A program made the position numbers and the translations under genes. The notes below the pieces were generated by a model. The model made no database searches, was not told the origin of the DNA, and saw nothing but the letters and a program-made list of their open reading frames with translations. A stretch of 64,000 nt of DNA from Candidatus Doudnabacteria bacterium (GTDB lineage Bacteria; Patescibacteriota; Doudnabacteria; UBA920), in the NCBI GenBank assembly GCA_963837465.1, contig CAWINB010000001.1, positions 437,646-501,645 of the forward strand, written 5' to 3'. This document shows, one piece after another, positions 55,315-64,000 of this stretch; position 1 is the first letter of the stretch; every line of letters begins with the position of its first letter.

Positions 55315-55764
55315 TTACTTATTAAACGCGTCAGGCTGATTTTTGCCGCTCGTTATCAGTTGTTGTAAATTCCCATTTATGAGCGAGCCCCAGGCGTTTG
55401 AGCATTTGTCGTAGCATTCAAATTGCGGGACTAGTCCGACATGGGTAAAACGGACTTCGGTTTTGTCATCTTTTTGGGAAATATCAAACATAATGTCCGT
55501 GCCTTTCCACTCAGCCTTGTCATTGGTAAAACTAAGATTAGCATCCAGCACGTTCCAAACAACTCTTTTATCGGGCACTAATTCGGTTACCTTTTGTTTG
55601 GAATAATGAATGTCTTTATAACGGTAAGTCCATTCTTCTCCGAGTTTGTTGGTATTGCCTTCAATTGTTCCCGTCCACCAGCCGCGAACATTATTAATAG
55701 CGGCAAAAACTTCCGTCGGAGTTTGGTCTACCAAAATGGTAACGGTGTAATTTTGATTATCCAT
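55315..55764 (-). CDS. SRPBCC-family protein
   Basis: Aha1/polyketide-cyclase-like fold sequence. Confidence 0.55.
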   Translation of the reverse strand: MDNQNYTVTILVDQTPTEVFAAINNVRGWWTGTIEGNTNKLGEEWTYRYKDIHYSKQKVTELVPDKRVVWNVLDANLSFTNDKAEWKGTDIMFDISQKDDKTEVRFTHVGLVPQFECYDKCSNAWGSLINGNLQQLITSGKNQPDAFNK

Positions 55765-55862
55765 ATTTTTGTCTATTAATTTTTTCTTATTTAAATGTTA
55801 CCTTAAAATTGCTTCATTTGGAAGCGGCATATATATATGGATTGTAGTTGTCATAAATTTAT

Positions 55863-56495
55863 TTACTTTATGAGCAGGTGCAGAGCCACAAGCGCGAGCC
55901 ATATCCAGCCGATTGCGATGGTGAGGCGTTGAAGCAGTCCAGCTATGGATCCAATCTTGTCAATTTTAGCGAAGCCGCGTGCAAAAAGAACAAATCCTAT
56001 AGCAAACAGAGTACCGGAGGCTGCGGAATAAATGAACCAGCCAACAGCTCCCGATATAGCAAACAGATGAGAAAATACAAAAAAAGCCGCAATTAGAGGT
56101 ATAAAGACGAATACTGAACACAAGTCGTGTAGAAGGCCGGGAGTATTGCGTTTTGGCGGCGTAGGCAAATTACTCGGCAGTCCGGTTGTGTCGGTAACAA
56201 AAATGCCGGCTCCAATAAGGCCTACCGCGTATATCCCAATAAGAAACGGTCCCCAAAATGAACCGCCGTAAGAAACAAGCGCGAGGCGAAGACCAAATGC
56301 GCATAAAAGCATGAGTATGCCGGTAACAATAAAGTTGATTTGCTGTATCCATCCGCGTTCGCCAATTGCAAGTGAGCTAACTGGCTGGCGCAATGAACTA
56401 TAACCTGACCGCAGTCCACCTTCAATCAGAAAGACAATTACAAACAACGGCCCGGCGATTACTCCGCACAGAAGCAATAGTTGTTGAATTTCCAT
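55863..56495 (-). CDS. Integral membrane protein (DUF998-like)
   Basis: Hydrophobic profile, 6 helices. Confidence 0.4.
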   Translation of the reverse strand: MEIQQLLLLCGVIAGPLFVIVFLIEGGLRSGYSSLRQPVSSLAIGERGWIQQINFIVTGILMLLCAFGLRLALVSYGGSFWGPFLIGIYAVGLIGAGIFVTDTTGLPSNLPTPPKRNTPGLLHDLCSVFVFIPLIAAFFVFSHLFAISGAVGWFIYSAASGTLFAIGFVLFARGFAKIDKIGSIAGLLQRLTIAIGWIWLALVALHLLIK

Positions 56496-56503
56496 AAGAG
56501 TGT

Positions 56504-56935
56504 TTACCTAAATAATTTCCATTTAAACGCTATGTAGAATGCAAAAATAATGGCGATAGCCGTACCGGCAATTATGGAAAATGTTTGCAAGAAAGAGTTT
56601 ACGGGGTATAAGCCAGCCGTAACCAAAGCGATGCGCCCAAGAACAACAACGGCAACGCTTATTTCGGCAAACGTTGCCGCCCATTTTTTCATGGTGAAAA
56701 GAAATACTCCACCCAGAGCGTACAGAATACCAATTATCGCTGCTCCATAAGTTGAGGCTTTTGCACCGGCGGTGGAGATAAGACCCAAGAAGTTATGGGT
56801 AAAACCCGTTGCCACTTCAGCAACGCCGAAAACAATCATGAGAATGGCAACAACGGTAATGCCCAAAGGATGAGGCGCTTGACTCATAGCCTTGTTGGCT
56901 TCCCTTAGGGATTGCAAATTTTCTGGATTAGTCAT
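56504..56935 (-). CDS. Small integral membrane protein
   Basis: 4 helices. Confidence 0.4.
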   Translation of the reverse strand: MTNPENLQSLREANKAMSQAPHPLGITVVAILMIVFGVAEVATGFTHNFLGLISTAGAKASTYGAAIIGILYALGGVFLFTMKKWAATFAEISVAVVVLGRIALVTAGLYPVNSFLQTFSIIAGTAIAIIFAFYIAFKWKLFR

Positions 56936-56969
56936 TTGGATTTATTGTTTATGAAATAGTCTTCGCAGG

Positions 56970-57416
56970 CTATATAATTTTTACAACCCAGGCCAGCAAG
57001 ATAAAAGCATAGGCGTTGATAAGCAAGGTTCTAATCCAGTGGGTGGCTAAAATTTTCTGTAAGTACAAACTGTTCGGACCGAGCGGATCTTGGGACAACT
57101 TGGCCTGCCACTGCCCCCAAAAGATAGCGGTCAAAATTAAAGAGATAGCTTGGCACAGCAACGATCCAAGGTATCCCCAAGCTGGCGAGTTGGCCGGGTG
57201 ATACCAAACCAGCACTATGCCGCCTAAAAGGCCCAAGCCCACCGGAGTGAAAATCCAGTAAGGAAGTTTTCGCCAGTGAACTTCTTGGACTTTGTGAAAA
57301 TCGCCACCAACCAATTTCCAAGAACGGAAGATGTCTACTTCCATGGCCCAGATGGTACCGACGTTATAAAAAGCCAGGGCAAGATTTAACAATAAAAAAG
57401 TTTTTGTCATATGCAT
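56970..57416 (-). CDS. Small integral membrane protein
   Basis: 4 helices. Confidence 0.4.
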   Translation of the reverse strand: MHMTKTFLLLNLALAFYNVGTIWAMEVDIFRSWKLVGGDFHKVQEVHWRKLPYWIFTPVGLGLLGGIVLVWYHPANSPAWGYLGSLLCQAISLILTAIFWGQWQAKLSQDPLGPNSLYLQKILATHWIRTLLINAYAFILLAWVVKII

Positions 57417-57448
57417 TAGCTAATGTAGCGAATTTGGTATTTATTTTT

Positions 57449-58672
57449 TTAATTCCGTAACAACTCTTTCAGCCCGACACGCCGTCCGTATTCCATCGAG
57501 CCGTAACGGAAGGCACGGACGGCAAACCAAACGGCTATGACTGCGCTTAAAATTAGGACTGCGAGGGCCCCAAACGACTCCGGGATGGAAAGGCTGCCGA
57601 GCGCATTGCGCAAGAGAATTGTTGTAGGGGCGGTTAGCGGAAAATAGGTAAAGATGGTTACAACTAAAGCATGCGGCGAACTAATAAGGCTCGTTAGTGC
57701 GTAAATGGGGACAAAGTTCCAAATTATGGCAAGACCCATAAATCTGCTGGCATCATTACCGCCAGGAAACAACGCGCCTAATCCGACCACAAATCCAATG
57801 TACATAATAAGCCCAACAATAAAGAATAGCGCGGCGAACGTAACGGCAACCGGGTTTACAGGGATACTACTAAGCGCTATGCCGCCGGACAGGCCGAGGC
57901 GGCTGGGAAAAAAGACATAGGCAATAACAAATGGGATAGTGAGAACCGCAATCTGAATCAACCCTAAAATAATTAGTGAGATAATTTTCCCTAAAATAAG
58001 CGTCCTCGCCTTAATTGAGGTGAGCAGTATTTCTGCCGTTTTATTTGCTTTTTCTTCGGCCGTGCTGGAAATCATGGTGTAAGACAGCAGGATTACAACT
58101 AAGAAGAAAATTGCGGCGAATATTCCGGGAGCAATGGCGTTGGCGAGATCGTTAAATTCAGCGCCATTTTTGTAGGTAATTGCGGTAACAGCCGGACTTT
58201 TCTCCAAAATCTGGACGGCTTCTGAATTTCCCGTTACCGCGCTTACGGCTTTAGCCACGCTCTGTTGTAGCAAGCTCGTGGCGACATCGTTGTATGGTTG
58301 TGAAATACTTAGCCCCTGGTCTTGGGCGTAAACTTGGATGCCGCTAGTTTCCGGATTCTGCGGATAGTAAAAAAACGCTGCAAGTTCATCGCTTTTTACG
58401 GCCGCAATTCCGGCTTGTTTGTTTGGCTCAAGGCCAATGTGCTGGGCGGCTAGCAGATGGGTGTCGATTAATCCGGAATTATCTAACACTGAAATTTTTG
58501 CGCTTTGCGTAAAATTTTGGTCCTGTATTGCGGCATTATTTTGCGCGTTCTGAATTGAAAGCTTTTCAATTCCTAAAACGGCCAGAATAATGAGCACCGG
58601 AGCAATGGAGGCATACCAAAAACTCTTTTTCTTAAGGGCCCGGAAAACTTCAAAATTTATTATATTCCACAT
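57449..58672 (-). CDS. ABC-2-type transporter permease
   Basis: N-terminal helix, large extracytoplasmic loop, 5 C-terminal helices; adjacent ATPase. Confidence 0.7.
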   Translation of the reverse strand: MWNIINFEVFRALKKKSFWYASIAPVLIILAVLGIEKLSIQNAQNNAAIQDQNFTQSAKISVLDNSGLIDTHLLAAQHIGLEPNKQAGIAAVKSDELAAFFYYPQNPETSGIQVYAQDQGLSISQPYNDVATSLLQQSVAKAVSAVTGNSEAVQILEKSPAVTAITYKNGAEFNDLANAIAPGIFAAIFFLVVILLSYTMISSTAEEKANKTAEILLTSIKARTLILGKIISLIILGLIQIAVLTIPFVIAYVFFPSRLGLSGGIALSSIPVNPVAVTFAALFFIVGLIMYIGFVVGLGALFPGGNDASRFMGLAIIWNFVPIYALTSLISSPHALVVTIFTYFPLTAPTTILLRNALGSLSIPESFGALAVLILSAVIAVWFAVRAFRYGSMEYGRRVGLKELLRN

Positions 58673-58676
58673 AGTA

Positions 58677-59573
58677 TTATTTATAGAGGGTTAGGAAAAT
58701 TTCATTAAGGGTCGGGCGGCGGACATCGAATGTGGTAACATGCAGCCCATCGCTATTGGCCAGGAACCTGAATATTTCGTCGACTGTGGCGTCTTTCTGC
58801 CATGTCAGTTCCGCGTAGTGCGGCAATTGTTTGGTAATTTGGTAAAGCTTTTCATTTATAGGTAATTGCCCGCTGTAAGCGAGCGAAATAACCGTAGCGC
58901 CAAATTGGTTTTTTACTTCATCCACCGTGCCGTACAGGGCCCGAGCGCCGTCCTTGAGCAAAACGATGCGGTCGCACAACTGCTCAACTTCTTCCATACG
59001 GTGCGTGACAAGCATGACCGTGGCGCCCTTATCACGCCGCTCGTTGATAATGTTCATTAACAGCGAACGGTTAACGGGATCCAGGGCTTCCGTCGGCTCG
59101 TCTAAAATCATAAGTGACGGCTCGTGGATAATAGTTGCACCAAGCTGGACTTTTTGTTGTTGACCGTTAGACAGGCTCGACAACCGCTCATGTGCCTTGT
59201 CGCCAATTCCTACACGCTCAAGATAAGCCAAGGATCGTTTTTTTGCTTCGTCCCTGCTTAAACCGTGCATAACGGCTAGGTAAACCATGGTATCCAGCAC
59301 CGGCTCATTGCGATACAGACCGCGCTGTTCCGGCAAATAGCCAACCGCAGCCGCCATTGTGGGACTATAGCGTTTGCCGTTTATTAAAAGCGTGCCGCTA
59401 GTTGGCTCCAAGAGCGACAGCAGTGTGCGGATGGTAGTCGTCTTCCCTGCGCCGTTCGCACCTAGCAAACCAAAGACTTCTCCTTGATTTACATTAAAAG
59501 ACAGGTCTTTAATGACCTCTATGGGGCCGAAACTCATGGCAAATGAATGTATATCTACTACAGGTAAATTCAT
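58677..59573 (-). CDS. ABC transporter ATP-binding protein
   Basis: GANGAGKTT Walker A, LSNGQQQK signature, ILDEPT Walker B. Confidence 0.85.
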   Translation of the reverse strand: MNLPVVDIHSFAMSFGPIEVIKDLSFNVNQGEVFGLLGANGAGKTTTIRTLLSLLEPTSGTLLINGKRYSPTMAAAVGYLPEQRGLYRNEPVLDTMVYLAVMHGLSRDEAKKRSLAYLERVGIGDKAHERLSSLSNGQQQKVQLGATIIHEPSLMILDEPTEALDPVNRSLLMNIINERRDKGATVMLVTHRMEEVEQLCDRIVLLKDGARALYGTVDEVKNQFGATVISLAYSGQLPINEKLYQITKQLPHYAELTWQKDATVDEIFRFLANSDGLHVTTFDVRRPTLNEIFLTLYK

Positions 59574-59614
59574 ATAGTTAAAAAATTCCTGCGTGTGCGC
59601 CCATTCCGATTATT

Positions 59615-59866
59615 TTATCGATGAGGGCAGCCGGCCCAACAACAAGGCCGGTGCATTCCGCCTCCAAGCTTAGAGAGCGCCTTCTTGATGCGGATACTGC
59701 GCGTCTCTACTTTTTTGCCAGACGTAACCCAGCATATCCACTCATTGCGTGCAAGTGGTGTAATATCTTCCCATACTGCTCGCGCCGCAGGGGTAGAAGT
59801 AAGGGCCTTTCGTAAATCCTCCGGCACTTTATGTACCACACCAGTGGGAAACTCTTTTTTGGCCAT
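59615..59866 (-). CDS. YdeI/OmpD-associated-family small protein (paralogue of 50399..50647)
   Basis: …ITPLARNEWICWVTSGKK…HRPCCWAGCPHR. Confidence 0.55.
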   Translation of the reverse strand: MAKKEFPTGVVHKVPEDLRKALTSTPAARAVWEDITPLARNEWICWVTSGKKVETRSIRIKKALSKLGGGMHRPCCWAGCPHR

Positions 59867-60185
59867 AAGATTATTTTTTGTAAATAAATTTGCTCAGACC
59901 CCAAAAAAATACACCTACACCTGCCATCCAAATCCCTACGCCTACTGGAGATGCCCAAGAAAATATTGCTTGTAAATTCATAGATTAGCTTTATGCTTAA
60001 TTTTTCTTTAAGAGCTTTTCAAGTTTTTTAAACCTCTTTTGCAAGTCTTCAACTATATCAATATCCAACACCTCTGCTTCAATAAGGAGAAGCTCCAGTT
60101 CATCTATTGATGAATGAATGCCTGTAAGTAGTATAGATTGTTTTTTCATGTTAGGCCATTAAAATTAGTATCTGCCATTTGTAGT

Positions 60186-60722
60186 TTATGCAGCTGTTTT
60201 TTTCTTCAACAAGTTTTGGCTAATTAACTTAAAAATAATCGTCAGGGCAACAGAAATACCGATTAAAATAGAAAAGGCCTCGTAAACATTGTGCACGTAT
60301 GTATTTATGCCGAGAATTATTACCCACTGGGAAATATACCATAATAAATTGCCGATAAAAAGAAAAATAAATATTTCCCAGAAAGATACATCTAGCCATG
60401 CGGACAAGAAGGAGTCCATAAAATTAAAATCTATTATGGATAAAAATACTAACGACAACCGGATACCATTCTTGCCCATAAATCCTTCAATCCTTTTGGC
60501 TTTCTTTTTGATATATGAGACAACCTTATTGTGATGAAAGGTTCTCTGCACCCACTGCCCCAGCCAGTAGCCAACCACTATCCCTATTCCCGTGCCTAAC
60601 AAAAATATTCCATGGATAATCCAGATATTATAATGTTCCTGAAAAGCCTCTAACAAAATTGCATTGGTAGAAACAAGCTCCTGGAACAATAAAGTTATAA
60701 CAATCCATATCCATAATTTCAT
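60186..60722 (-). CDS. Integral membrane protein
   Basis: 4-5 helices. Confidence 0.4.
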   Translation of the reverse strand: MKLWIWIVITLLFQELVSTNAILLEAFQEHYNIWIIHGIFLLGTGIGIVVGYWLGQWVQRTFHHNKVVSYIKKKAKRIEGFMGKNGIRLSLVFLSIIDFNFMDSFLSAWLDVSFWEIFIFLFIGNLLWYISQWVIILGINTYVHNVYEAFSILIGISVALTIIFKLISQNLLKKKTAA

Positions 60723-60925
60723 AAAAGCCCTTTGTCATAAAATTTCGTATTAGGGTTAGGATTTGCCGAGATAATTCAAGTCAAAGACTCAAGTACGCAT
60801 TAACAATAATGAAGCGCAAAGGCTGGGGCTGGACAATCAGTCGCAGCTCCCAACCCCCGCGCTCCAGGATTACCGTGTTGGCTCCAAATCAACAAGCCAA
60901 CTAAGGCAATCATATAAAAATTTTA

Positions 60926-61114
60926 CTATTTCTTCTCCATTGGCATTTTTTCAATCATGCGTTTCATCTTGCCGACAAACTCTAATTTTGCCTGTAAGAT
61001 TTTTTCTTTCTTTTCCAGCATAGCCAGCTTAAACTCTCTTTTCATAGGGCCATGCATTTGATGGCATTCGCAATCGCAAGACTTGGTATCCTGCTCTTCA
61101 TTTTCTTCGTTCAT
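60926..61114 (-). CDS. Small Cys/His-rich protein (CDCECHQMH), probably metal-binding
   Basis: 62-aa ORF. Confidence 0.35.
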   Translation of the reverse strand: MNEENEEQDTKSCDCECHQMHGPMKREFKLAMLEKKEKILQAKLEFVGKMKRMIEKMPMEKK

Positions 61115-61160
61115 ATAATTATTCCTTTCGTTTAATTATTTTTCGACCTTTTATGTTTTA

Positions 61161-61607
61161 TTACTTCGTACTATTATTCGGAGCAAACAATTTTGCATCT
61201 ATGCCAACCTGCCGAATCCAACCGGCGGTATCCCAATAATTCCGTTGCTCCACGATCAATCCCTCGGCGTTCACGCGGAAGAAAACGGAGAAAGGTAACT
61301 TGTAGGATCTGTTTGTCGGCGCTATCGCTCCCGTAGGCCAGTCCAAGGCACCAGTGAAAGTGGCGGTCTCTACGACTTCGCAAACCACCTTGTCGCCTTC
61401 CACCACCATACTCATGACTTCCTCCTTCAAATCCGGGAAAGATTTCTCGAACAGTTTTAGTCCTCCAGCAACCATATCTTTGGTAGCCACGCCCCCGCTC
61501 AAGGGACTTTGCAAAGTATAGTCGGGTGCGAGCAATGAAAGTATGGCCTCCTGATCGTGCTTGGTGTACGCCTGCCAGTATTTAGTTATGGTTTCTTTTG
61601 GGGTCAT
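61161..61607 (-). CDS. SnoaL-like / NTF2-fold protein
   Basis: …ITKYWQAYTKHDQEAILSLLAPDY…. Confidence 0.55.
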   Translation of the reverse strand: MTPKETITKYWQAYTKHDQEAILSLLAPDYTLQSPLSGGVATKDMVAGGLKLFEKSFPDLKEEVMSMVVEGDKVVCEVVETATFTGALDWPTGAIAPTNRSYKLPFSVFFRVNAEGLIVEQRNYWDTAGWIRQVGIDAKLFAPNNSTK

Positions 61608-61648
61608 TTTTAGTTAGAAGCTATCTTAAAAAAATATTTAATTCCAGA

Positions 61649-61858
61649 TTATTTCCGGCGCTGCAAAACATTCTCATAGAACATTTCCTGCTTTTTAGCC
61701 TTTGGGCCCAGCTTTCCGGATTTTGCCAAGGAATGCTTGGCTGGTGAAATCTTTTTTGACAAAGAAGTGCCGGTAGAGGCATGCAGGCCGCCTTCATGAA
61801 AAGATATTTTGTGTTGCCCTTTTTTTGCAGGCAGCATCGTTTTTTTGGAGGGAGACAT
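61649..61858 (-). CDS. Small basic Lys-rich protein
   Basis: 69-aa ORF nested in a longer ORF-track ORF. Confidence 0.3.
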   Translation of the reverse strand: MSPSKKTMLPAKKGQHKISFHEGGLHASTGTSLSKKISPAKHSLAKSGKLGPKAKKQEMFYENVLQRRK

Positions 61859-61888
61859 ATATAAAGAGGGTTAATTAAATGGTGGGTT

Positions 61889-62338
61889 TTAGGAATAGAG
61901 CTTACGATGGACACCCGGCTCAGTGGCGGTTGTCAGATCGAAATACTCTCTGATCTTGGTCAGCTTGCCTTGGCTAATTTCGCAGATTAAAACTATTGGG
62001 ATTTCTACCTTAGAGCCTGGAGCTGGCCTGTCCTTGGACGCCGGCCATTGGTCGGTAACTACAGCCTTATGTACATATTCCCAGCAAAGCCTTGTGCCGT
62101 CGGTATTAGTAAATACGTTAAATGGCAGGAGTCCTTCTCCTGATCCGTGCGTACGTGCGGCTACCGATCGTGTCGCCAGTTGCCTTATCTGGTCTGGCCC
62201 CTTGAATGTTTCGCCTGTGGCCATTATTACCCATTCGCCATCCGGAGCCCAGAGCTTCATCATGGCTTCTATGCCCTCATGAGTCATGGCCTCAGTAAAG
62301 TCCTTAACGAGATTAGTGTTATTTTGATTGGAATCCAT
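61889..62338 (-). CDS. NTF2/SnoaL-like protein
   Basis: …FTEAMTHEGIEAMMKLWAPDGEW…. Confidence 0.5.
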   Translation of the reverse strand: MDSNQNNTNLVKDFTEAMTHEGIEAMMKLWAPDGEWVIMATGETFKGPDQIRQLATRSVAARTHGSGEGLLPFNVFTNTDGTRLCWEYVHKAVVTDQWPASKDRPAPGSKVEIPIVLICEISQGKLTKIREYFDLTTATEPGVHRKLYS

Positions 62339-62391
62339 ATGATTTATTTTAATTGTTAATTTTGTAGACTGTCTTTATAGCAATGCTCATA

Positions 62392-63063
62392 TTACTCCCT
62401 GCCAAGAATGACCAGAAATTCTATTACGTCATTATTATGAATCCCAAATGGGCTTTTAATGCTCCAATCGGAAGCCAAAATAGGAGCCGATCCGGTCGCT
62501 TCAAGTACAGACCCGTTATAGCTGGCGGTGAAAGTAAAGGTAACTGGATGCGTAATGCCATCTATCGTAAGCGAACCGTTTGCTTCTGACGAAATGGTTT
62601 GACCGTTGGTAGGGATATTACTAAGCATGACAGGGCTTGTTAGGCTAAGGGTTGCCCTTGGGTAGGTACTTGTATTCAGCAGCTTCAAGAAGCTGGCGTT
62701 CTGTTTACCGCCCATTGTCAGCTGGCTTAGGTCAGCTTGAAAGGATCCCGAGGAGACCTGATTGTTTAAAATAACCAACGAGCCGGTAACCGCGCTTGTC
62801 CGCCCTACAATCACACCGCTTTGCGTTAAGAACGATTCATTTACCCGAAAACCTGCAACAGAGCCGCTGCCAGCTACCCAAGTACCGTCGGGCGAAGTTG
62901 TGCTTGCGCTTGTTATAGTGCTAAGTTGCGGCAGCTGCAATGGAGCCGCAGTGGGACCTGCTAGCAATCCGGGAGCCAATAATAATGTGGCGACTAAGAT
63001 TACAACAATTGCCACAATGACTATGATAACCCATTTAACTATTATCTTTGTTGTCATATACAT
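62392..63063 (-). CDS. YceI-like domain protein with an N-terminal membrane anchor
   Basis: …GSLTIDGITHPVTFTF… YceI-like beta-barrel sequence. Confidence 0.5.
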   Translation of the reverse strand: MYMTTKIIVKWVIIVIVAIVVILVATLLLAPGLLAGPTAAPLQLPQLSTITSASTTSPDGTWVAGSGSVAGFRVNESFLTQSGVIVGRTSAVTGSLVILNNQVSSGSFQADLSQLTMGGKQNASFLKLLNTSTYPRATLSLTSPVMLSNIPTNGQTISSEANGSLTIDGITHPVTFTFTASYNGSVLEATGSAPILASDWSIKSPFGIHNNDVIEFLVILGRE

Positions 63064-63119
63064 AGCCTCCTATATTTTTTAGTTTTTTCTTTTGACCTAA
63101 AATTCCTTATTAAATTTTT

Positions 63120-63425
63120 TTAAATAACCCCTTCGGCAATAGATCGGGCAATCCTATTATCGGCTCTTAGTTTATAAAAAACTTTTTTACCGATTTTTTC
63201 TCTTTGCAAAATTTTGGCCTGTTCTAAAATTTTAAGCTGCTGCGATGCCAAAGGTATGGAGACTTTTAGAATCCTGGCAATGTCGCTGACAGCAATTTGC
63301 TGCCGCTTGCCCAGCATTTCAAAAATGCGATAACGGTTGGTGTCGCCGAGTATCTTAAAAATTATTCTTTGGTCCGTGCCGTTAAATGCTTTTTGAATTT
63401 TTGCTACTTGTTTGTCTGTGAGCAT
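63120..63425 (-). CDS. ArsR/SmtB-family transcriptional regulator
   Basis: HTH …DQRIIFKILGDTNRYRIFEML…VSDIARIL. Confidence 0.7.
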   Translation of the reverse strand: MLTDKQVAKIQKAFNGTDQRIIFKILGDTNRYRIFEMLGKRQQIAVSDIARILKVSIPLASQQLKILEQAKILQREKIGKKVFYKLRADNRIARSIAEGVI

Positions 63426-63835
63426 ATTTTTTTTCGTTTAGAAATTTTTTATCAATTCAACCAGAGCCTTAAGCGTACTCTCTATTTCAGATAATAGATA
63501 TAGACGCAAGGTTAATCATGGACTTATTTTTAACCTTTTGCCAGTTTTATTGGTAAAATCTTAACTTAAACAGCTTATTAAGTGTTTAACTGTAGTGTTA
63601 AGTTTTTCTTAAGGCTTATCTTAGGCTGTAATGTTGTAATACATGTTTTGCCGTATACAGAAGTGGTAATAGAGCATATGCTTAAGGAGCCAAGGAGAAA
63701 AAACTTTATGAAAATTAAAAAATGGCTGCTCGATTTAAAATCATTCCTGATACGGCTGAGCGGCTACAAAAAACTTGAGCCGATAAAAGTAAAGGTCGGA
63801 AACAGAAATTACATTAACGGAAAATAATTATTTTA

Positions 63836-64000
63836 TGAATACTAAAAATACAAAAGGCGGAACCTCCCCTGCCGAAAAAAACATCCTTCAAACAGCTTTG
63901 GAAGCGGAAACATTTAAAACATTACTCGCGGCAGTCAAAGCCGCTGGACTGGAAGACACCTTAAACAGCCATGGGCCTTTTACTTTTTTTGCTCCAAACG
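63836..64000 (+). CDS. Fasciclin (FAS1) domain protein, 5' partial at the window edge
   Basis: …[14 protein letters not shown] matches the conserved FAS1 H1 motif. Confidence 0.6.

Noticed and set aside
1-64000. CRISPR array / cas genes
   Set aside because: No regularly spaced direct repeats with unique spacers anywhere. The repeats present are palindromic elements, MITEs and heptamer tracts.
1-64000. Diversity-generating retroelement (common in CPR genomes)
   Set aside because: No reverse-transcriptase ORF (no YxDD motif) and no template/variable repeat pair with adenine-specific mismatches.
1-64000. Genome-wide stop-codon reassignment (UGA=Trp/Gly or UAG=Gln)
   Set aside because: TGA terminates purL, purN, purD, the HAD gene and others with classic ATGxTGA overlaps. 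TAG terminates purC, znuB, the S74 gene and ORF 24657. The two in-frame stops (purF TAG, AAC(6') TGA) are better explained as point lesions.

Overview
This 64 kb window looks like a low-GC (about 45-50%), genome-reduced bacterium. The Peptidase_S74 'tail-fibre' protein, the PurM-like enzyme, weak Shine-Dalgarno sites and many tiny membrane proteins suggest a Candidate Phyla Radiation (Parcubacteria-type) organism; that placement is inference. Gene content, left to right: (i) a GC-rich (about 58%) leading 560 bp carrying a secreted pilin-type (SCPU-like) gene; (ii) an 11-gene de novo purine operon, purL-purQ-purF-purN-purD-M24-like-HAD-purE-purM-purC-purB (1.1-15.0 kb); (iii) a YibE/F membrane protein and an AAC(6')-like GNAT gene carrying an in-frame TGA; (iv) a metal-uptake module made of a znuABC-like transporter, a Fur-family (Zur-like) regulator and three copies of a 7-1-7 palindromic box; (v) an IS630-family element, an ABC-F ATPase, a PspC/PadR pair, two two-component systems (one with a truncated kinase), paralogous surface-protein gene pairs, and a MarR plus MFS efflux pair; (vi) a right-hand accessory cluster of ArsR, YdeI, SRPBCC, VOC, SnoaL and YceI stress/detox genes with an ABC-2 exporter, a type IV pilin and a fasciclin gene at the edge. 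The most unusual thing I found is repeat biology rather than a new protein machine. One family of 60-80 nt compound palindromic elements, built on GTAGTTAGCC...GGCTAACTAC arms, has nine copies confined to the pur operon. They fill four intergenic spacers and sit in-frame inside purL and purD, and their stems carry compensatory base changes. Other short perfect palindromes are also inserted in-frame: an identical 23-mer in purQ and the pspC-domain gene, and a 41-mer in purL. There are also two MITE families with TNA target duplications, heptanucleotide tandem repeats in and before purL, and two conserved genes hit by single in-frame stops: purF TAG at a conserved Gln, and the AAC(6')-like gene TGA at a conserved Trp. 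I found no CRISPR array, no reverse transcriptase/DGR and no recognisable defence operon.
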